Shown here: positions 46,057-56,278 of the stretch, piece by piece
Layout: each line of letters opens with the position of its first letter
Position numbering within the stretch: position 1 is the first letter of the stretch
DNA from: Fibrobacteria bacterium
GTDB taxonomy: Bacteria; Fibrobacterota; Fibrobacteria; UBA11236; JADFYW01
NCBI GenBank assembly: GCA_050294405.1
Contig: JBNKOC010000008.1
Coordinates: 62,755-126,754 of the forward strand
Direction of reading: 5' to 3'
DNA length: 64,000 bases
Program-made: the position numbers and the translations under genes
The notes under the pieces: generated by a model
What the model was told of the DNA's origin: nothing
The model's input: the letters and a program-made list of their open reading frames with translations, nothing else
Database searches by the model: none

Positions 46057-48132
46057 ATGTGGGCAAAAGCATTCATTTTTCTTTTCCTTATACCTGCCTT
46101 TATATGGGCAGCCTCCTCTGATTTTCGCTTAGAGTTGGCCAGAAAATTGGCTAAAGAAGGAAAAGTGGAAATGGCAATTCGGGAGTATAAAAATTATCTC
46201 AGCGAAAATCCCCACGCTCCAAATATTTATGAGGAATTAGCACAACTTAGAATTAGGCAGGGGAAATATAAATTTGCCATTTTAAATTATTCCTTGGCCT
46301 TAAAACAAAATCCAAATCTGGAAACGGCGCAGGAAGGACTGGCTCTGGGATATGAATTAAATGGAGAGAGAGAAAAGGCCTTAATCGAATGGCGAAAATT
46401 GGCCAGCATCACCTCTAGTTCCATAGCCAAAAATCGAGCGGAATCTCATATTGAAAAATTGTTGGGAAAATTAAAAGAACCGAATAAGAATCAACCCTCC
46501 TTGGAAAAAGAAAAATTACTGGAGTCCGATATAACAGAGTCTCCAGATCTTACCCCAGATAAAAAGCAAGAGAAGGAGTTGTCCGCCACCAAACCAAAAG
46601 GGTTGGAAACTTCAAAGGAAAAAGCGGAGCAAGTGGAAGTAAAAAAATCCGATGTGAATGACTCTTCACTATGGTCATCCAAGGAAGTGGGTAAACCTGA
46701 GGAACAAAATAAAGTAAAGGCAGAAAAGCCAAAAGCCACGGTACAAGAAAAGCCCCAGGAAAAGCTTGTGGAAAAAAAATCAGAAGAAAAAAATATCGGA
46801 GATATGGAGAATATTGTTTCTCTGTACAACTCGGGAAAAAAAGATGAGGCGCTCCTAGCAGTAAGGCAAATGATAAAAAAACAACCCGGTCACCCTGGTG
46901 CCTATTATTATGGCGGAGTTATTCGCTATGACAAGGGAGATTTCAATAAAGCCATATATAATTTCAAACAAAGTTATGATTATCCAGAGCTGGGATTTAA
47001 TGCTCATTTTTATTTGGGACGCATATATCAAAAATTAAACCAAAATCAAAATGCCATAAGAGCCTTTAAAAAATATGTAGAATTAACCGAATCTGCTTCC
47101 GGTAAAAAACAGGCCGAGGCCTATATTGCGCAGTTGGAAAAATCAAGTTCGAAAAATGACAATAACATTGCCGAAAGAAGGGAAACACGGACAAAATCCA
47201 TAGTTCCCGCTTCTGAAAAAACAAATCCTGCCGTAGCTAGATTTGAAAACGGGTTGATGTTTTTTATTCCCGACCAATCTCAATCTGATAGCAAACACTC
47301 TGAGGCTGTAGCTCTATTGGAAAGCAAAAAATGGGAAGCTGCCATTAATTTGCTAAAAGAGCTGTCCGGCAGCTTTGGCGGCTCTTTCAAGTCCGATATT
47401 GCCGAACTAAACATAGGATCTATTTACGAGCGCATGGGATTGTATGATAAAGCCAAAAATAAACTGGAGTTGTATTTGTCTTCCAAACATTCAAAAACCT
47501 TTAAGAATCAGGCTGAATTTTTATTGGCTAAATCTGAACTAGGTTTGCAAAATTGGAACAACGCTGAGCAAAAATTAAAATATGTGAAAGTAGACGCAAA
47601 ATGGGGGCCCAGCGATTTGGAAAAAGAAAAACTATGGGCTAAAATTTATTTGGGTAAGGGGCAAAACGATAAAGCAGTCTCCCATTTAAATAAATTAGCG
47701 GGCAAAGTTAAAAAACCGGAAGATAAGGTGAATGTATGGCTTCAGGTGTCTAACATACATAAGTCCAATAAACATCCCATTGCTATGGAAAAAACTCTTT
47801 TAAATGCTAAAGAGCAGTGCAATAAAAAAATGCTGGAAGGTTGCGATGTGGTCTATTTGGAGTTGGCGGACAACTATTTCAAAGGAAAAAAATGGAAACA
47901 GGCTCAAAACAGCTATAATCAATTTTTAAAATCTTTTCCCTCTCACAAAGAGGCTGCCTGGGCGGAGTATCAGCAAGGAAACATATATAAACGTTCCGGG
48001 CAATATAAAAAAGCTTTGGATAGTTATCGAGACATGATTGAAAAGTACCCTGAAAGCTACTGGGCCAATCAAGCCAAATGGGAAAGAGAAGATGCCATTT
48101 GGAAAAATGAATACAGCGATGTATTGGATTGA
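46057..48132 (+). CDS. exported tetratricopeptide-repeat protein
   Basis: Signal peptide from ATG 46057; many TPRs; charged linker; C-terminal BamD/YbgF-like TPR (EKYPESYWANQA). Confidence 0.85.
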   Translation: MWAKAFIFLFLIPAFIWAASSDFRLELARKLAKEGKVEMAIREYKNYLSENPHAPNIYEELAQLRIRQGKYKFAILNYSLALKQNPNLETAQEGLALGYELNGEREKALIEWRKLASITSSSIAKNRAESHIEKLLGKLKEPNKNQPSLEKEKLLESDITESPDLTPDKKQEKELSATKPKGLETSKEKAEQVEVKKSDVNDSSLWSSKEVGKPEEQNKVKAEKPKATVQEKPQEKLVEKKSEEKNIGDMENIVSLYNSGKKDEALLAVRQMIKKQPGHPGAYYYGGVIRYDKGDFNKAIYNFKQSYDYPELGFNAHFYLGRIYQKLNQNQNAIRAFKKYVELTESASGKKQAEAYIAQLEKSSSKNDNNIAERRETRTKSIVPASEKTNPAVARFENGLMFFIPDQSQSDSKHSEAVALLESKKWEAAINLLKELSGSFGGSFKSDIAELNIGSIYERMGLYDKAKNKLELYLSSKHSKTFKNQAEFLLAKSELGLQNWNNAEQKLKYVKVDAKWGPSDLEKEKLWAKIYLGKGQNDKAVSHLNKLAGKVKKPEDKVNVWLQVSNIHKSNKHPIAMEKTLLNAKEQCNKKMLEGCDVVYLELADNYFKGKKWKQAQNSYNQFLKSFPSHKEAAWAEYQQGNIYKRSGQYKKALDSYRDMIEKYPESYWANQAKWEREDAIWKNEYSDVLD

Positions 48133-48137
48133 GTTAA

Positions 48138-48533
48138 ATGGATTTTAGCGGCTTAAAAAATATACTGTCCAAAAGAAAAAATTCATTAGAAGAGTATTTA
48201 TACCTCCAACTCGAATTATTTAAAAATATTCAAAACGGTCCGGGTAGCAAAACTCGCGACCTGGAAAATGAACTTGAGACTGTAAACAAAGATATTGAAA
48301 CTCAACGTCTGGTATTGCAGCCTTTGCTTAAAGAGTGGGGAAGGCTTGAAGCCCAGCAGAAATCAGTGCATTTAAAAGGCGAAATTGGCCAGATTTTAAA
48401 TGAAATTGAAGGCATCGCCCACAAAATAGAAGGCGATCACAAGCTTCAAAACAAAGAAATTGGGTCTAATGAGGGAATGAAAACTCAATTTAACAGCCAA
48501 TTGGCTCAAAACAGTATTTATTTGTCAAAATAA
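48138..48533 (+). CDS. small helical hypothetical protein (FlgN/FliT-like?)
   Basis: 131-aa all-helical/coiled-coil ORF directly upstream of the FleS-like kinase; family guess is weak. Confidence 0.45.
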   Translation: MDFSGLKNILSKRKNSLEEYLYLQLELFKNIQNGPGSKTRDLENELETVNKDIETQRLVLQPLLKEWGRLEAQQKSVHLKGEIGQILNEIEGIAHKIEGDHKLQNKEIGSNEGMKTQFNSQLAQNSIYLSK

Positions 48534-48605
48534 AGCCCAAATATTTAAAAAATCCACATTCTCTCAATGGTATTGTATAATGGGAGATAGGAAAAAAATT
48601 CCGCT

Positions 48606-49841
48606 ATGGATAACTACCTGGACAATTTATCAGAAGATACGCAAACCAAAATGTCCCAGGTTTTTGACTGGTTTAACAACAATGTAAACCGTCTTGAATC
48701 TGCTTACCGGGACATTGGAATGCGTTTTGACAAAATCAGCCTTGAGCTGGAGGATAAAAATGCCCAGCTTATTGAGTCCTTTGTGGAAAATGAAAACATC
48801 AAAACCCAACTGCGTTCGGTGTTGGAAAGTATCCACTCTGGAGTAGTCATGGTAAACACAGAGGGAAAGATTACTCTTTTTAACGCAGCAGCTGAATCGC
48901 TCTATGGGGTAGAAACATCCAAAGTAATTATGCATCCCATTGCAGAGGTCTTTGAAGATCCTGAATGCGCCAAATCTTTGCTGGATACTTTAAAATCAAA
49001 CCAAGGTGTGAGCAATCAGGAAAAATATGTTAGCAGAAAGGGAAAAACTATTCCCATAGGATTCACAACATCTATCGTTAGAGATCCCAAAGGAAAAATT
49101 TTGGGGGCTGTGGAAATTGCTACGGATTTAACCCATATGAAACAAATGCAAAACCAGGTGCAGCATGCCAAGACCCTGGCAGCCATTGGACAGATGGCAG
49201 CTACCGTAGCCCATGAAATTAGGAACCCTTTAGGCGCAATAGGCGGCTTTGCGGGGCTTTTGGAACGGGATTTACCAGCAGATGATAGCCGCAAATCTCT
49301 GGTGAACAAAATTGTACAGGGAGTCTCCAGTTTAAATAAAATTGTATCCAACCTCCTGGTTTTTTCTCGTCCAATGGAAATTCAATTGCGGAAAATTGAA
49401 ATTCTGGAATGGATAGAGGAAATATTGAGATATGCCGAATTAGAAATTTCCCGTCTGGGTAAGGACATAATAATTTCCAGGGATTACCAAATTAAAGGCG
49501 GTAAAGTTTTTATGGATCCCGAAAAGTTTCAACAGGTGTTATTGAACTTAACCTTTAATGCAATACAGGCCATTCCCGAAGAGGGAGAATTAAAAATAAC
49601 TGTGGGAATGAATCCTGAAAATTTTTTATTTATAAATATTCAGGATAATGGCAGGGGCATTGACCCCGAAAACATGGAAAAAATATTTGATCCTTTTTTC
49701 ACGACCCGGGAGCAAGGCACGGGATTAGGCCTTGCTATAGTAAAAAGAATAGTTGAGCTACATAGCGGTAACATTAGCGTTGAAAGTAAAAAAGGGTACT
49801 GGACCCGCTTTTCCATTGTTTTAAATTCTGAGGTGCATTAA
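48606..49841 (+). CDS. cytoplasmic PAS histidine kinase (FleS/FlrB-like)
   Basis: N-terminal QVFDWFN..RLESAY coiled coil resembling FleS; PAS; AHEIRNPL H-box; NAIQA, DNGRG, PFFTT, GTGLGL. Confidence 0.88.
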   Translation: MDNYLDNLSEDTQTKMSQVFDWFNNNVNRLESAYRDIGMRFDKISLELEDKNAQLIESFVENENIKTQLRSVLESIHSGVVMVNTEGKITLFNAAAESLYGVETSKVIMHPIAEVFEDPECAKSLLDTLKSNQGVSNQEKYVSRKGKTIPIGFTTSIVRDPKGKILGAVEIATDLTHMKQMQNQVQHAKTLAAIGQMAATVAHEIRNPLGAIGGFAGLLERDLPADDSRKSLVNKIVQGVSSLNKIVSNLLVFSRPMEIQLRKIEILEWIEEILRYAELEISRLGKDIIISRDYQIKGGKVFMDPEKFQQVLLNLTFNAIQAIPEEGELKITVGMNPENFLFINIQDNGRGIDPENMEKIFDPFFTTREQGTGLGLAIVKRIVELHSGNISVESKKGYWTRFSIVLNSEVH

Positions 49842-49844
49842 CAC

Positions 49845-51200
49845 ATGGCAAAAATAGGCGTGATTGATGATGAAGGTTTAATGCGGGACTTGGTATCCAC
49901 TAGTTTAAGCCGACTACATCACGAAGTTACATCCTTTAACAGTGGGGATGATTTTATCAGGGCTTTTAATCCGAGAGAATTTGATCTCATTGTAACGGAT
50001 ATGAAAATGCCCGGCCTTTCCGGGCTGGAATTGTCCGAAAAGGTTTTGGCAAAAGATCCCCAGGTTCCCATTATATTAATGACGGCTTACGGAACTGTGG
50101 ACAATGCCGTGCAGGCAATGAAAATGGGTGTGCAGGACTTTATAGAAAAACCTTTTCAGGTGGAAAAATTAGAGCATATTATATCTCGCGTTTTAGAAGT
50201 TAAGGGACTTAAAACAGAAAACATTAAGCTTAAAGAAAATTTAAGAGAGCGTTATAAATTTATCGGCCAAAGCGATGCTATTAAAGATATGTTGGATTTG
50301 GTGGAAAATGTGGCTGCTTCCAAATCCACTGTGTTGATTACGGGCGAATCCGGAACCGGAAAAGAATTAATTGCCCATGCTATTCATTTTCAAAGCCAGC
50401 GTCACGACGCACCCCTGGTTAAATTGAATTGCGCCGCTATTCCCGATAACCTTTTGGAAAGCGAACTATTTGGTCATGAGAAAGGAGCTTATACCGGGGC
50501 TATTAAAACCAGGGTAGGCAAATTTGAGCAGGCCAATGGGGGGGCCATATTGCTTGATGAAATCGGAGAAATGCCCCTACATGCCCAGTCTAAACTGTTA
50601 AGAGTGTTACAGGAAAGGGAGTTGACTAAAGTGGGGGGAAACTCCAGCCTTCCATTGGATGTTAGGGTTATCTGTACCACCAATAGGGATTTGCAAAAAG
50701 AAGTGGAAGAAGAAAAATTTCGTGAAGATTTATTCTATCGCTTAAATGTGATTCCCATAAAAGTTCCCCCTTTGAGGGAAAGAAAGGGAGATATCCCCTT
50801 GCTCTGTGAACATTTTGTGGCCAAATACAATAGGGAAAACGGTTTTAGCGTGGACGGCATAACAGAGGCATGTATGGAAAAACTCCAGTCTCACAATTGG
50901 CCGGGCAATGTTCGGGAATTAGAGAATGTGATTCAGCGGGCTGTGATATTCGCCAAGTTTGAAACCATAGATGTTAAACATTTAAAAATGTTTGATGTAG
51001 GCCCAGCCAAAGAAGCTCCCGCAAAAAATGGTGAATTTAAACTAGGAATGACTATCGCCGAAGGAGAAAAAAATTTAATTCTTAAAACTCTGGAATCCTG
51101 TGGAGACAATCGGACCAGGGCGGCAGAATTGCTGGGAATAAGTGTGAGGACCTTAAGAAACAAGTTGCATGAATATCGAATTAATGAAAGCCATTCGTAG
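49845..51200 (+). CDS. sigma54-dependent response regulator (FleR/FlrC-like)
   Basis: REC (TDMKMP), GESGTGKE, ESELFGHEKGAYTGA, LLDEI, WPGNVREL, HTH RTLRNKL. Confidence 0.92.
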   Translation: MAKIGVIDDEGLMRDLVSTSLSRLHHEVTSFNSGDDFIRAFNPREFDLIVTDMKMPGLSGLELSEKVLAKDPQVPIILMTAYGTVDNAVQAMKMGVQDFIEKPFQVEKLEHIISRVLEVKGLKTENIKLKENLRERYKFIGQSDAIKDMLDLVENVAASKSTVLITGESGTGKELIAHAIHFQSQRHDAPLVKLNCAAIPDNLLESELFGHEKGAYTGAIKTRVGKFEQANGGAILLDEIGEMPLHAQSKLLRVLQERELTKVGGNSSLPLDVRVICTTNRDLQKEVEEEKFREDLFYRLNVIPIKVPPLRERKGDIPLLCEHFVAKYNRENGFSVDGITEACMEKLQSHNWPGNVRELENVIQRAVIFAKFETIDVKHLKMFDVGPAKEAPAKNGEFKLGMTIAEGEKNLILKTLESCGDNRTRAAELLGISVRTLRNKLHEYRINESHS

Positions 51201-52767
51201 TAGGAGTGAAGGACTCAGCTATGCGAAGACTTTTGGAACTTTAACCAATAGTTTATTGTATACACCGCCTGAAATATTAGTGTTGTCCTCCAGCGAAAAA
51301 CTATTCGCTGACATTAGCGGGCTTTTCCCTAATTTGTCTGTAAGAAGAGTGAACCTGGAAAAATTGCCCGGTTTTTTTGAAAATTGGAATGAAGCAATTT
51401 TAGCTTTGGAAGCTAAATACTCATCTGCCTTTTTGGAATTGAATCCTTCGGACAATGTTTTTGAAAGTTGCATTTTATTTGGCAAATCAAAATTAACATC
51501 GGAAGAACTGGTTCAATGGTATGAAAAAGGGGTGTACTACATTTCCCAAAGTTTTTCCAAAGACAAAAAATTAAAAAGCAAATTTGAAAAGCTTGTAACT
51601 CAAAAATGCAGTGTGATGAGCCAACGCTTTTTGAGCCAAAGGCTAAATCATGAATTTGAAGATCAAAAAAAGCATATCCAGGAGCAAAACGATTTGCTGC
51701 AAATGGCCGTGCACGATTTGAGGTCTCCTCTTTCGGCCATGGTATGTTATTCTGAATTGTTGATGGACGGGGTGCTGGACAGCATAAAAGGAACCAAAGT
51801 GGACCCCATAAACATCATCCACCAAAATTGTGAGTTTTTAATTGATATGGTAGATGACTTGCTGGATTCCGCTCAGTTAGAAGCAGGCAAAAAAAGTTTG
51901 AAATTAGTGCGCTCCAATTTTACCAACATCATTTTAAAGGTAGTTCGCTCCCTAGAGGGTTTGGCCCGGGTAAAAGATATCGACATCATTACCCATTTGG
52001 ATTCCATTCCCGATTTGTTTGTGGACCCTCAAAAAATGGAGAGAATTGTAATAAACCTTTTGGGCAACGCCATTAAATTTACCAAAGCTAAGGGAACTAT
52101 CGTTATAAAATGCACAAGGGTGGAAAATAACATTGTTTTTTCCATTCAGGATACGGGTCCTGGGATTCCGGAAAAGGATTTGGAAAATATTTTTGAAAAA
52201 TTCAATATAGGTGATGACAGTAAAATTTCGGGCAAAGGGCACGGCCTTGGGCTTGCCATAACTAAATCCTTTGTGGAAATGCACGGGGGAAAAATATTTG
52301 TTAAATCTGAAAGGCATAAAGGTTCCACCTTTATTATCCACCTAAGAGTTGAAAAACGCCTTTCCCACTTACATCGAGATGGAACTAAAAAAATCCTGTT
52401 TCTGGATGCGGCGCAAGATATTCCAGATGTTAACAGCCTGGTTCACATTGCGGGCGCCGAAGTGGAATTTTGGGATGTAAAGCAGTTTAAAAAGAAATCG
52501 AAGGAAATGTCCAAATTCGCTTCCGTTATCATCAACGAGAAAATGGATTTTTCCACCATCGGGCATAAATTCTTCCATAATCTGGAAAACTCCCAGCTCA
52601 AACACAGGCCCTGGTTCTTTTTATTTCCTTCGGAAATAAGCAAAGATGAAAGAATGTTATTTGAGTATTTAAATATACATGTATTGATTAAACCTCTGGA
52701 TTTGCCCCAGCTTGTATCGGAAATTGAAAAGTATTTAACGGTGGATAGGCGTAAAAAGGAAAATTAA
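51169..52767 (+). CDS. histidine kinase with degenerate receiver-like domains
   Basis: VHDLRSPL, NAIKFT, DTGPGI, GHGLGL; C-terminal REC-like domain with Asn at the phospho-Asp position. Start uncertain. Confidence 0.85.
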   Translation: MNIELMKAIRSRSEGLSYAKTFGTLTNSLLYTPPEILVLSSSEKLFADISGLFPNLSVRRVNLEKLPGFFENWNEAILALEAKYSSAFLELNPSDNVFESCILFGKSKLTSEELVQWYEKGVYYISQSFSKDKKLKSKFEKLVTQKCSVMSQRFLSQRLNHEFEDQKKHIQEQNDLLQMAVHDLRSPLSAMVCYSELLMDGVLDSIKGTKVDPINIIHQNCEFLIDMVDDLLDSAQLEAGKKSLKLVRSNFTNIILKVVRSLEGLARVKDIDIITHLDSIPDLFVDPQKMERIVINLLGNAIKFTKAKGTIVIKCTRVENNIVFSIQDTGPGIPEKDLENIFEKFNIGDDSKISGKGHGLGLAITKSFVEMHGGKIFVKSERHKGSTFIIHLRVEKRLSHLHRDGTKKILFLDAAQDIPDVNSLVHIAGAEVEFWDVKQFKKKSKEMSKFASVIINEKMDFSTIGHKFFHNLENSQLKHRPWFFLFPSEISKDERMLFEYLNIHVLIKPLDLPQLVSEIEKYLTVDRRKKEN

Positions 52768-54092
52768 TGGCCTTGTTGGGGATAAAAAGAGACAGCCTCT
52801 CTTATAAAACAACCATCCTTTATGTTATTTCCGGATTAATCATTATTTCCCTGTTTAATTTTATTATTTGGGAAAACCAGTCCGAACTAATTATTGAAAA
52901 CCAAAAAATGGTGGTGGAATCCAAGTCCATTCTCATGCGAAGGTTGGTGGTTAACATTTTAGAATCCGATGACTCCACGGACACCATGGAGAAATACAAG
53001 AGCCTGGCGGAAAAAGCGGTGGACGAAGGCATGGCCCAAACGGTGGTTTACTCAGAGGGCGGCCATATATTGTATCAATGGAACCAGGAGTTGCTGGGAG
53101 ATTTTGCTGAAAACAGGGAGTTGATTTTAATCAACCGCAGTATCGCCCGCTTTGAACTGGAAAATAAACAATTCCTCCACAATACAAATCTGGAAAGAGG
53201 GTTAATTGAATTGTATTTGCCTTATCAGGATCCCAAATTCAATAACATAGTGGTGATAAAATTCGCCCTGCCGCTTCTGGAACTCACCAATCGAAAAAAT
53301 GATGTATTAAAAATATGTATCTTGATTACAATTGCGATCTTGTTATTACAGCTTGGAATGGCCTTTTTTCTGCGCAAGCTGATTATTGTACCCATATCTA
53401 AAATTGTAAGGATAACAGAAGCGGTGGCCGGGGGTGATCTGAAACAAAGAGCCACCATCGCGCAAAAAGATGAAATAGGAATTTTAGCTGGGGCCTATAA
53501 CAAGATGATGGTGAACTTGGATATGATGCAGGCCGAGGCTAAGGGAGCTAATCCCTTGTCCGGACTTCCTGGTAACCTGACCATTATGAGAAAAATTGAT
53601 GATGCCCTGGCTCAAAATAAACAAGTTAGCGTAATATACGGTGATTTGGATAACTTTAAAGCCTATAACGATAAATACGGCTTAAATAAGGGCGATGAGG
53701 CTATATTACACACCAGGGATTGCTTTGTAAAGGCGGCGAAACAGGCTGGAGATAACGATACCTTTGTGGGCCATGAGGGCGGTGATGACTTTGTGATAGT
53801 TACCAGCTTTGAAACCTGGGAACCTATTTGCCAGAAAATTGTGGAGTACTTTGATGAGGGCGTACCCAAATTTTACTCCAGCCAACATATAGAACAGGGA
53901 TACATTGATGCCTTTGACAGGCAGGGCAATCCGGTTAAGTACCCTCTTATGAGCATTTCCCTGGCGGTGGTGAGCAATCATTTCCGTAAAGCCGATGACC
54001 ATCGCTTGCTTATATCCTGGGCCGGAGAAATGAAAAAACTGGTGAAAAAAATGGAAGGAAGCTCATACGCCATTGACAAACGCACAGAATGA
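52767..54092 (+). CDS. membrane HAMP-GGDEF diguanylate cyclase
   Basis: 2 TM plus periplasmic domain, HAMP (DEIGILAGAYN), ANPLSGLPGN, DLDNFKAYNDKYG, GGDDF. Confidence 0.85.
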   Translation: MALLGIKRDSLSYKTTILYVISGLIIISLFNFIIWENQSELIIENQKMVVESKSILMRRLVVNILESDDSTDTMEKYKSLAEKAVDEGMAQTVVYSEGGHILYQWNQELLGDFAENRELILINRSIARFELENKQFLHNTNLERGLIELYLPYQDPKFNNIVVIKFALPLLELTNRKNDVLKICILITIAILLLQLGMAFFLRKLIIVPISKIVRITEAVAGGDLKQRATIAQKDEIGILAGAYNKMMVNLDMMQAEAKGANPLSGLPGNLTIMRKIDDALAQNKQVSVIYGDLDNFKAYNDKYGLNKGDEAILHTRDCFVKAAKQAGDNDTFVGHEGGDDFVIVTSFETWEPICQKIVEYFDEGVPKFYSSQHIEQGYIDAFDRQGNPVKYPLMSISLAVVSNHFRKADDHRLLISWAGEMKKLVKKMEGSSYAIDKRTE

Positions 54093-55819
54093 AAAAAAAG
54101 CCATCACATTTAGCCTACGAATTTTTTTATACGCTAAACCCTCTTTTGTTGCTGGCGGCTTTTATACTGCTTTCCCTATACATGAACGAAACGGTCATCA
54201 AATTCCGACTACAGGAATTTGATTCAGGCTTAAAGGAACTTTCGGAAAAAGAAGCGCTTAGCCATTCGGTAAACATTTTAGCCCGATTTGAGATGATCAA
54301 AGAGCGTCTAAATAACCCCAATGCCGATGAGACCGAATTAAAAAGAGAAGTAAAGTTTCACGCCATCACTTCCAATGATTTGGTATCCGGGTCCAGTTTT
54401 TCTTTTTCTCCTTCGGAAAAGTTGGTTATCCATTTGATCAATGGTTTGCGTATTATGATGGGGAAAAAAATTAGCCAGTTTGGAATGTCTGGCAATTCAG
54501 AAAAATCGTTGGAGGTGGCCTATTTTTATGAACGCAATCGAAATTATAAAAAGGCCATTGCTGAATACGAAACATTATTATCAGAGTCCTGGCCCTCTCA
54601 AATTCTTTCCACCATCTACTTACATCTGGGCTTTTGCAAGGCCATGACAGGGGATTACAAAGGCTCCAGGGACGATATACAATACATTACCTCCCGGGAT
54701 GAATTTACCGGAAGCGATAACTGGAAAGTGGCTTGGAAAATGGAAAAAGAATTGAGTAGCCTGGAATCCCGCGCGGCAAAACTTAAAGAGGAGCCCTTGG
54801 ACCTTTTGGAAAGAGGTAAAGAACTATTCCGTATGGGCAATCACATCCAGGCGGCCAAAGTTTTAAAGGAATTTATAGAGGAATCCCCCAAAAAGAAGGT
54901 ATCGGAAAGCCAATATTTTTTGGGTAGAGTTAATGAAGATGAGGGCCGTTTTGAAGACGCCGTGTTAAATTACACCAAAGTTTTAAAAAATGAGCCCACC
55001 TCAGACTGGGCGCAAAAAGCCAACCGGCGCTTATATGTATTGGGAAAGTTCTATTCGAAAAACGAACAGCTTGCCGATGTTGCTAAACGAAACAGCCAGG
55101 TCCTAGGAGATACATCTATTATCCGGGAGCTCGAAGTATTTGAAAAAATTGAAGAAGCAAAACCGGAAGATAATCCACTGCCGCCCGCTCCCGATACCAC
55201 CGCAAAAAAACAGGAAGAATCACAAACAGCTGACTCTTTGGAAGCTATTTCCAAAGAAACCATAGCTACTAAAGATAGCGCCACTCAAAAATTGGAAAAA
55301 AGTCCGGAAGAAACCAAAGCTGAAATAGCGGAAAAAGAAAAGGTGCAGAAGATACTGGAAATACTGGAAGATATACGTTTGCCCGAAAAACCTCTGGAGG
55401 AGGCAGAGCAGGAAATGGTTGCTGTGCAGGAAAAAGGGGAAATGACCGAGGAAGAACGCAGAAAGTTGGAGAAAAAAGACCGAGAAATTATTTCGGACCC
55501 CATCCGCACCAAGGAAATTTTTTCCGTTATCAAAGCTCGCAGTACAGAGCTTCAGTACGTGTATGAAAAATGGAAGAAAAAGGGTTTGGTGGGGCAGGGG
55601 CAATTGGAACTGGTCCTGGTTATCTCCCCTCAGGGAGAAGTGAGGGAAGTTCGCATTGAAAATGTTGACAGGGGCATAAATTCTGATATCTTTGAGAAAG
55701 AATTGGTGGAAAGAATTCAAAAATGGAAATTCAGACAAAAAAAGGGGACGACCCAGGATGTGGCGGTAAATTTCCCCATTTCTTTTATAAGCCGGGATGC
55801 CCGCTCGGCGGGGCCTTAG
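54089..55819 (+). CDS. membrane-anchored TPR protein with TonB-C/AgmX-PglI-like C-terminal domain
   Basis: N-terminal TM, TPRs, Pro/Glu-rich linker, then LQYVYEK..GQLELVLVISPQGEV..IQKWKF..VNFPISF. Confidence 0.75.
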   Translation: MKKKPSHLAYEFFYTLNPLLLLAAFILLSLYMNETVIKFRLQEFDSGLKELSEKEALSHSVNILARFEMIKERLNNPNADETELKREVKFHAITSNDLVSGSSFSFSPSEKLVIHLINGLRIMMGKKISQFGMSGNSEKSLEVAYFYERNRNYKKAIAEYETLLSESWPSQILSTIYLHLGFCKAMTGDYKGSRDDIQYITSRDEFTGSDNWKVAWKMEKELSSLESRAAKLKEEPLDLLERGKELFRMGNHIQAAKVLKEFIEESPKKKVSESQYFLGRVNEDEGRFEDAVLNYTKVLKNEPTSDWAQKANRRLYVLGKFYSKNEQLADVAKRNSQVLGDTSIIRELEVFEKIEEAKPEDNPLPPAPDTTAKKQEESQTADSLEAISKETIATKDSATQKLEKSPEETKAEIAEKEKVQKILEILEDIRLPEKPLEEAEQEMVAVQEKGEMTEEERRKLEKKDREIISDPIRTKEIFSVIKARSTELQYVYEKWKKKGLVGQGQLELVLVISPQGEVREVRIENVDRGINSDIFEKELVERIQKWKFRQKKGTTQDVAVNFPISFISRDARSAGP

Positions 55820-55981
55820 TGGGAGTGGCTTGAAAAAGTTCCTTAAAATTCTCCAGCTTTTTCAAATGGCTTTGATACTGATTGTGGGCTATTTATTGTG
55901 GAAGGGAATTAACAATTATTTTTAATTGAAATCCCCTAATAAAATAAAGCAAACTGGAATCAGGAAAAATTCGAAAATAGG

Positions 55982-56009
55982 TTGACAATCTATATTCGCC
56001 AAATATATT
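55982..56009 (+). promoter_or_regulatory. sigma70 promoter
   Basis: TTGACA (55982-55987), 16 nt spacer, TATATT (56004-56009). Confidence 0.6.
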
Positions 56010-56048
56010 TCAGCTAATTACACAGGTTATTGTGAGAAGGAGAAATCG

Positions 56049-56276
56049 GTGGAAGAAGATGAATTGAGAAATTTTGGACGCCGTCCCAAACAGGATGATT
56101 TTGACGACCTGGATCCATCTGATGAGGATTTCAACGGATACCAGGGCGATTCCTTCGATGGGGATGACGATGACGATGAACCGGATGAAAGCGAAGAAAT
56201 CAATCTGGACAACCCTGATTTTAAAAAGGGAGAAATGTGGAACGATTACGCTGACGACTTGGATTTTGAAGAATAA
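56049..56276 (+). CDS. small highly acidic protein
   Basis: GTG start with AAGGAG at 56037-56042; 33/75 residues are Asp/Glu; stop 2 nt before the next gene. Confidence 0.7.
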   Translation: MEEDELRNFGRRPKQDDFDDLDPSDEDFNGYQGDSFDGDDDDDEPDESEEINLDNPDFKKGEMWNDYADDLDFEE

Positions 56277-56278
56277 AA

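Noticed and set aside
55830..55865. 9-bp inverted repeat TTGAAAAAG/CTTTTTCAA after the TPR-TonB gene
   Set aside because: AT-rich stem with a long loop and no clear U-tract; may be a weak terminator or repeat remnant but cannot be supported.
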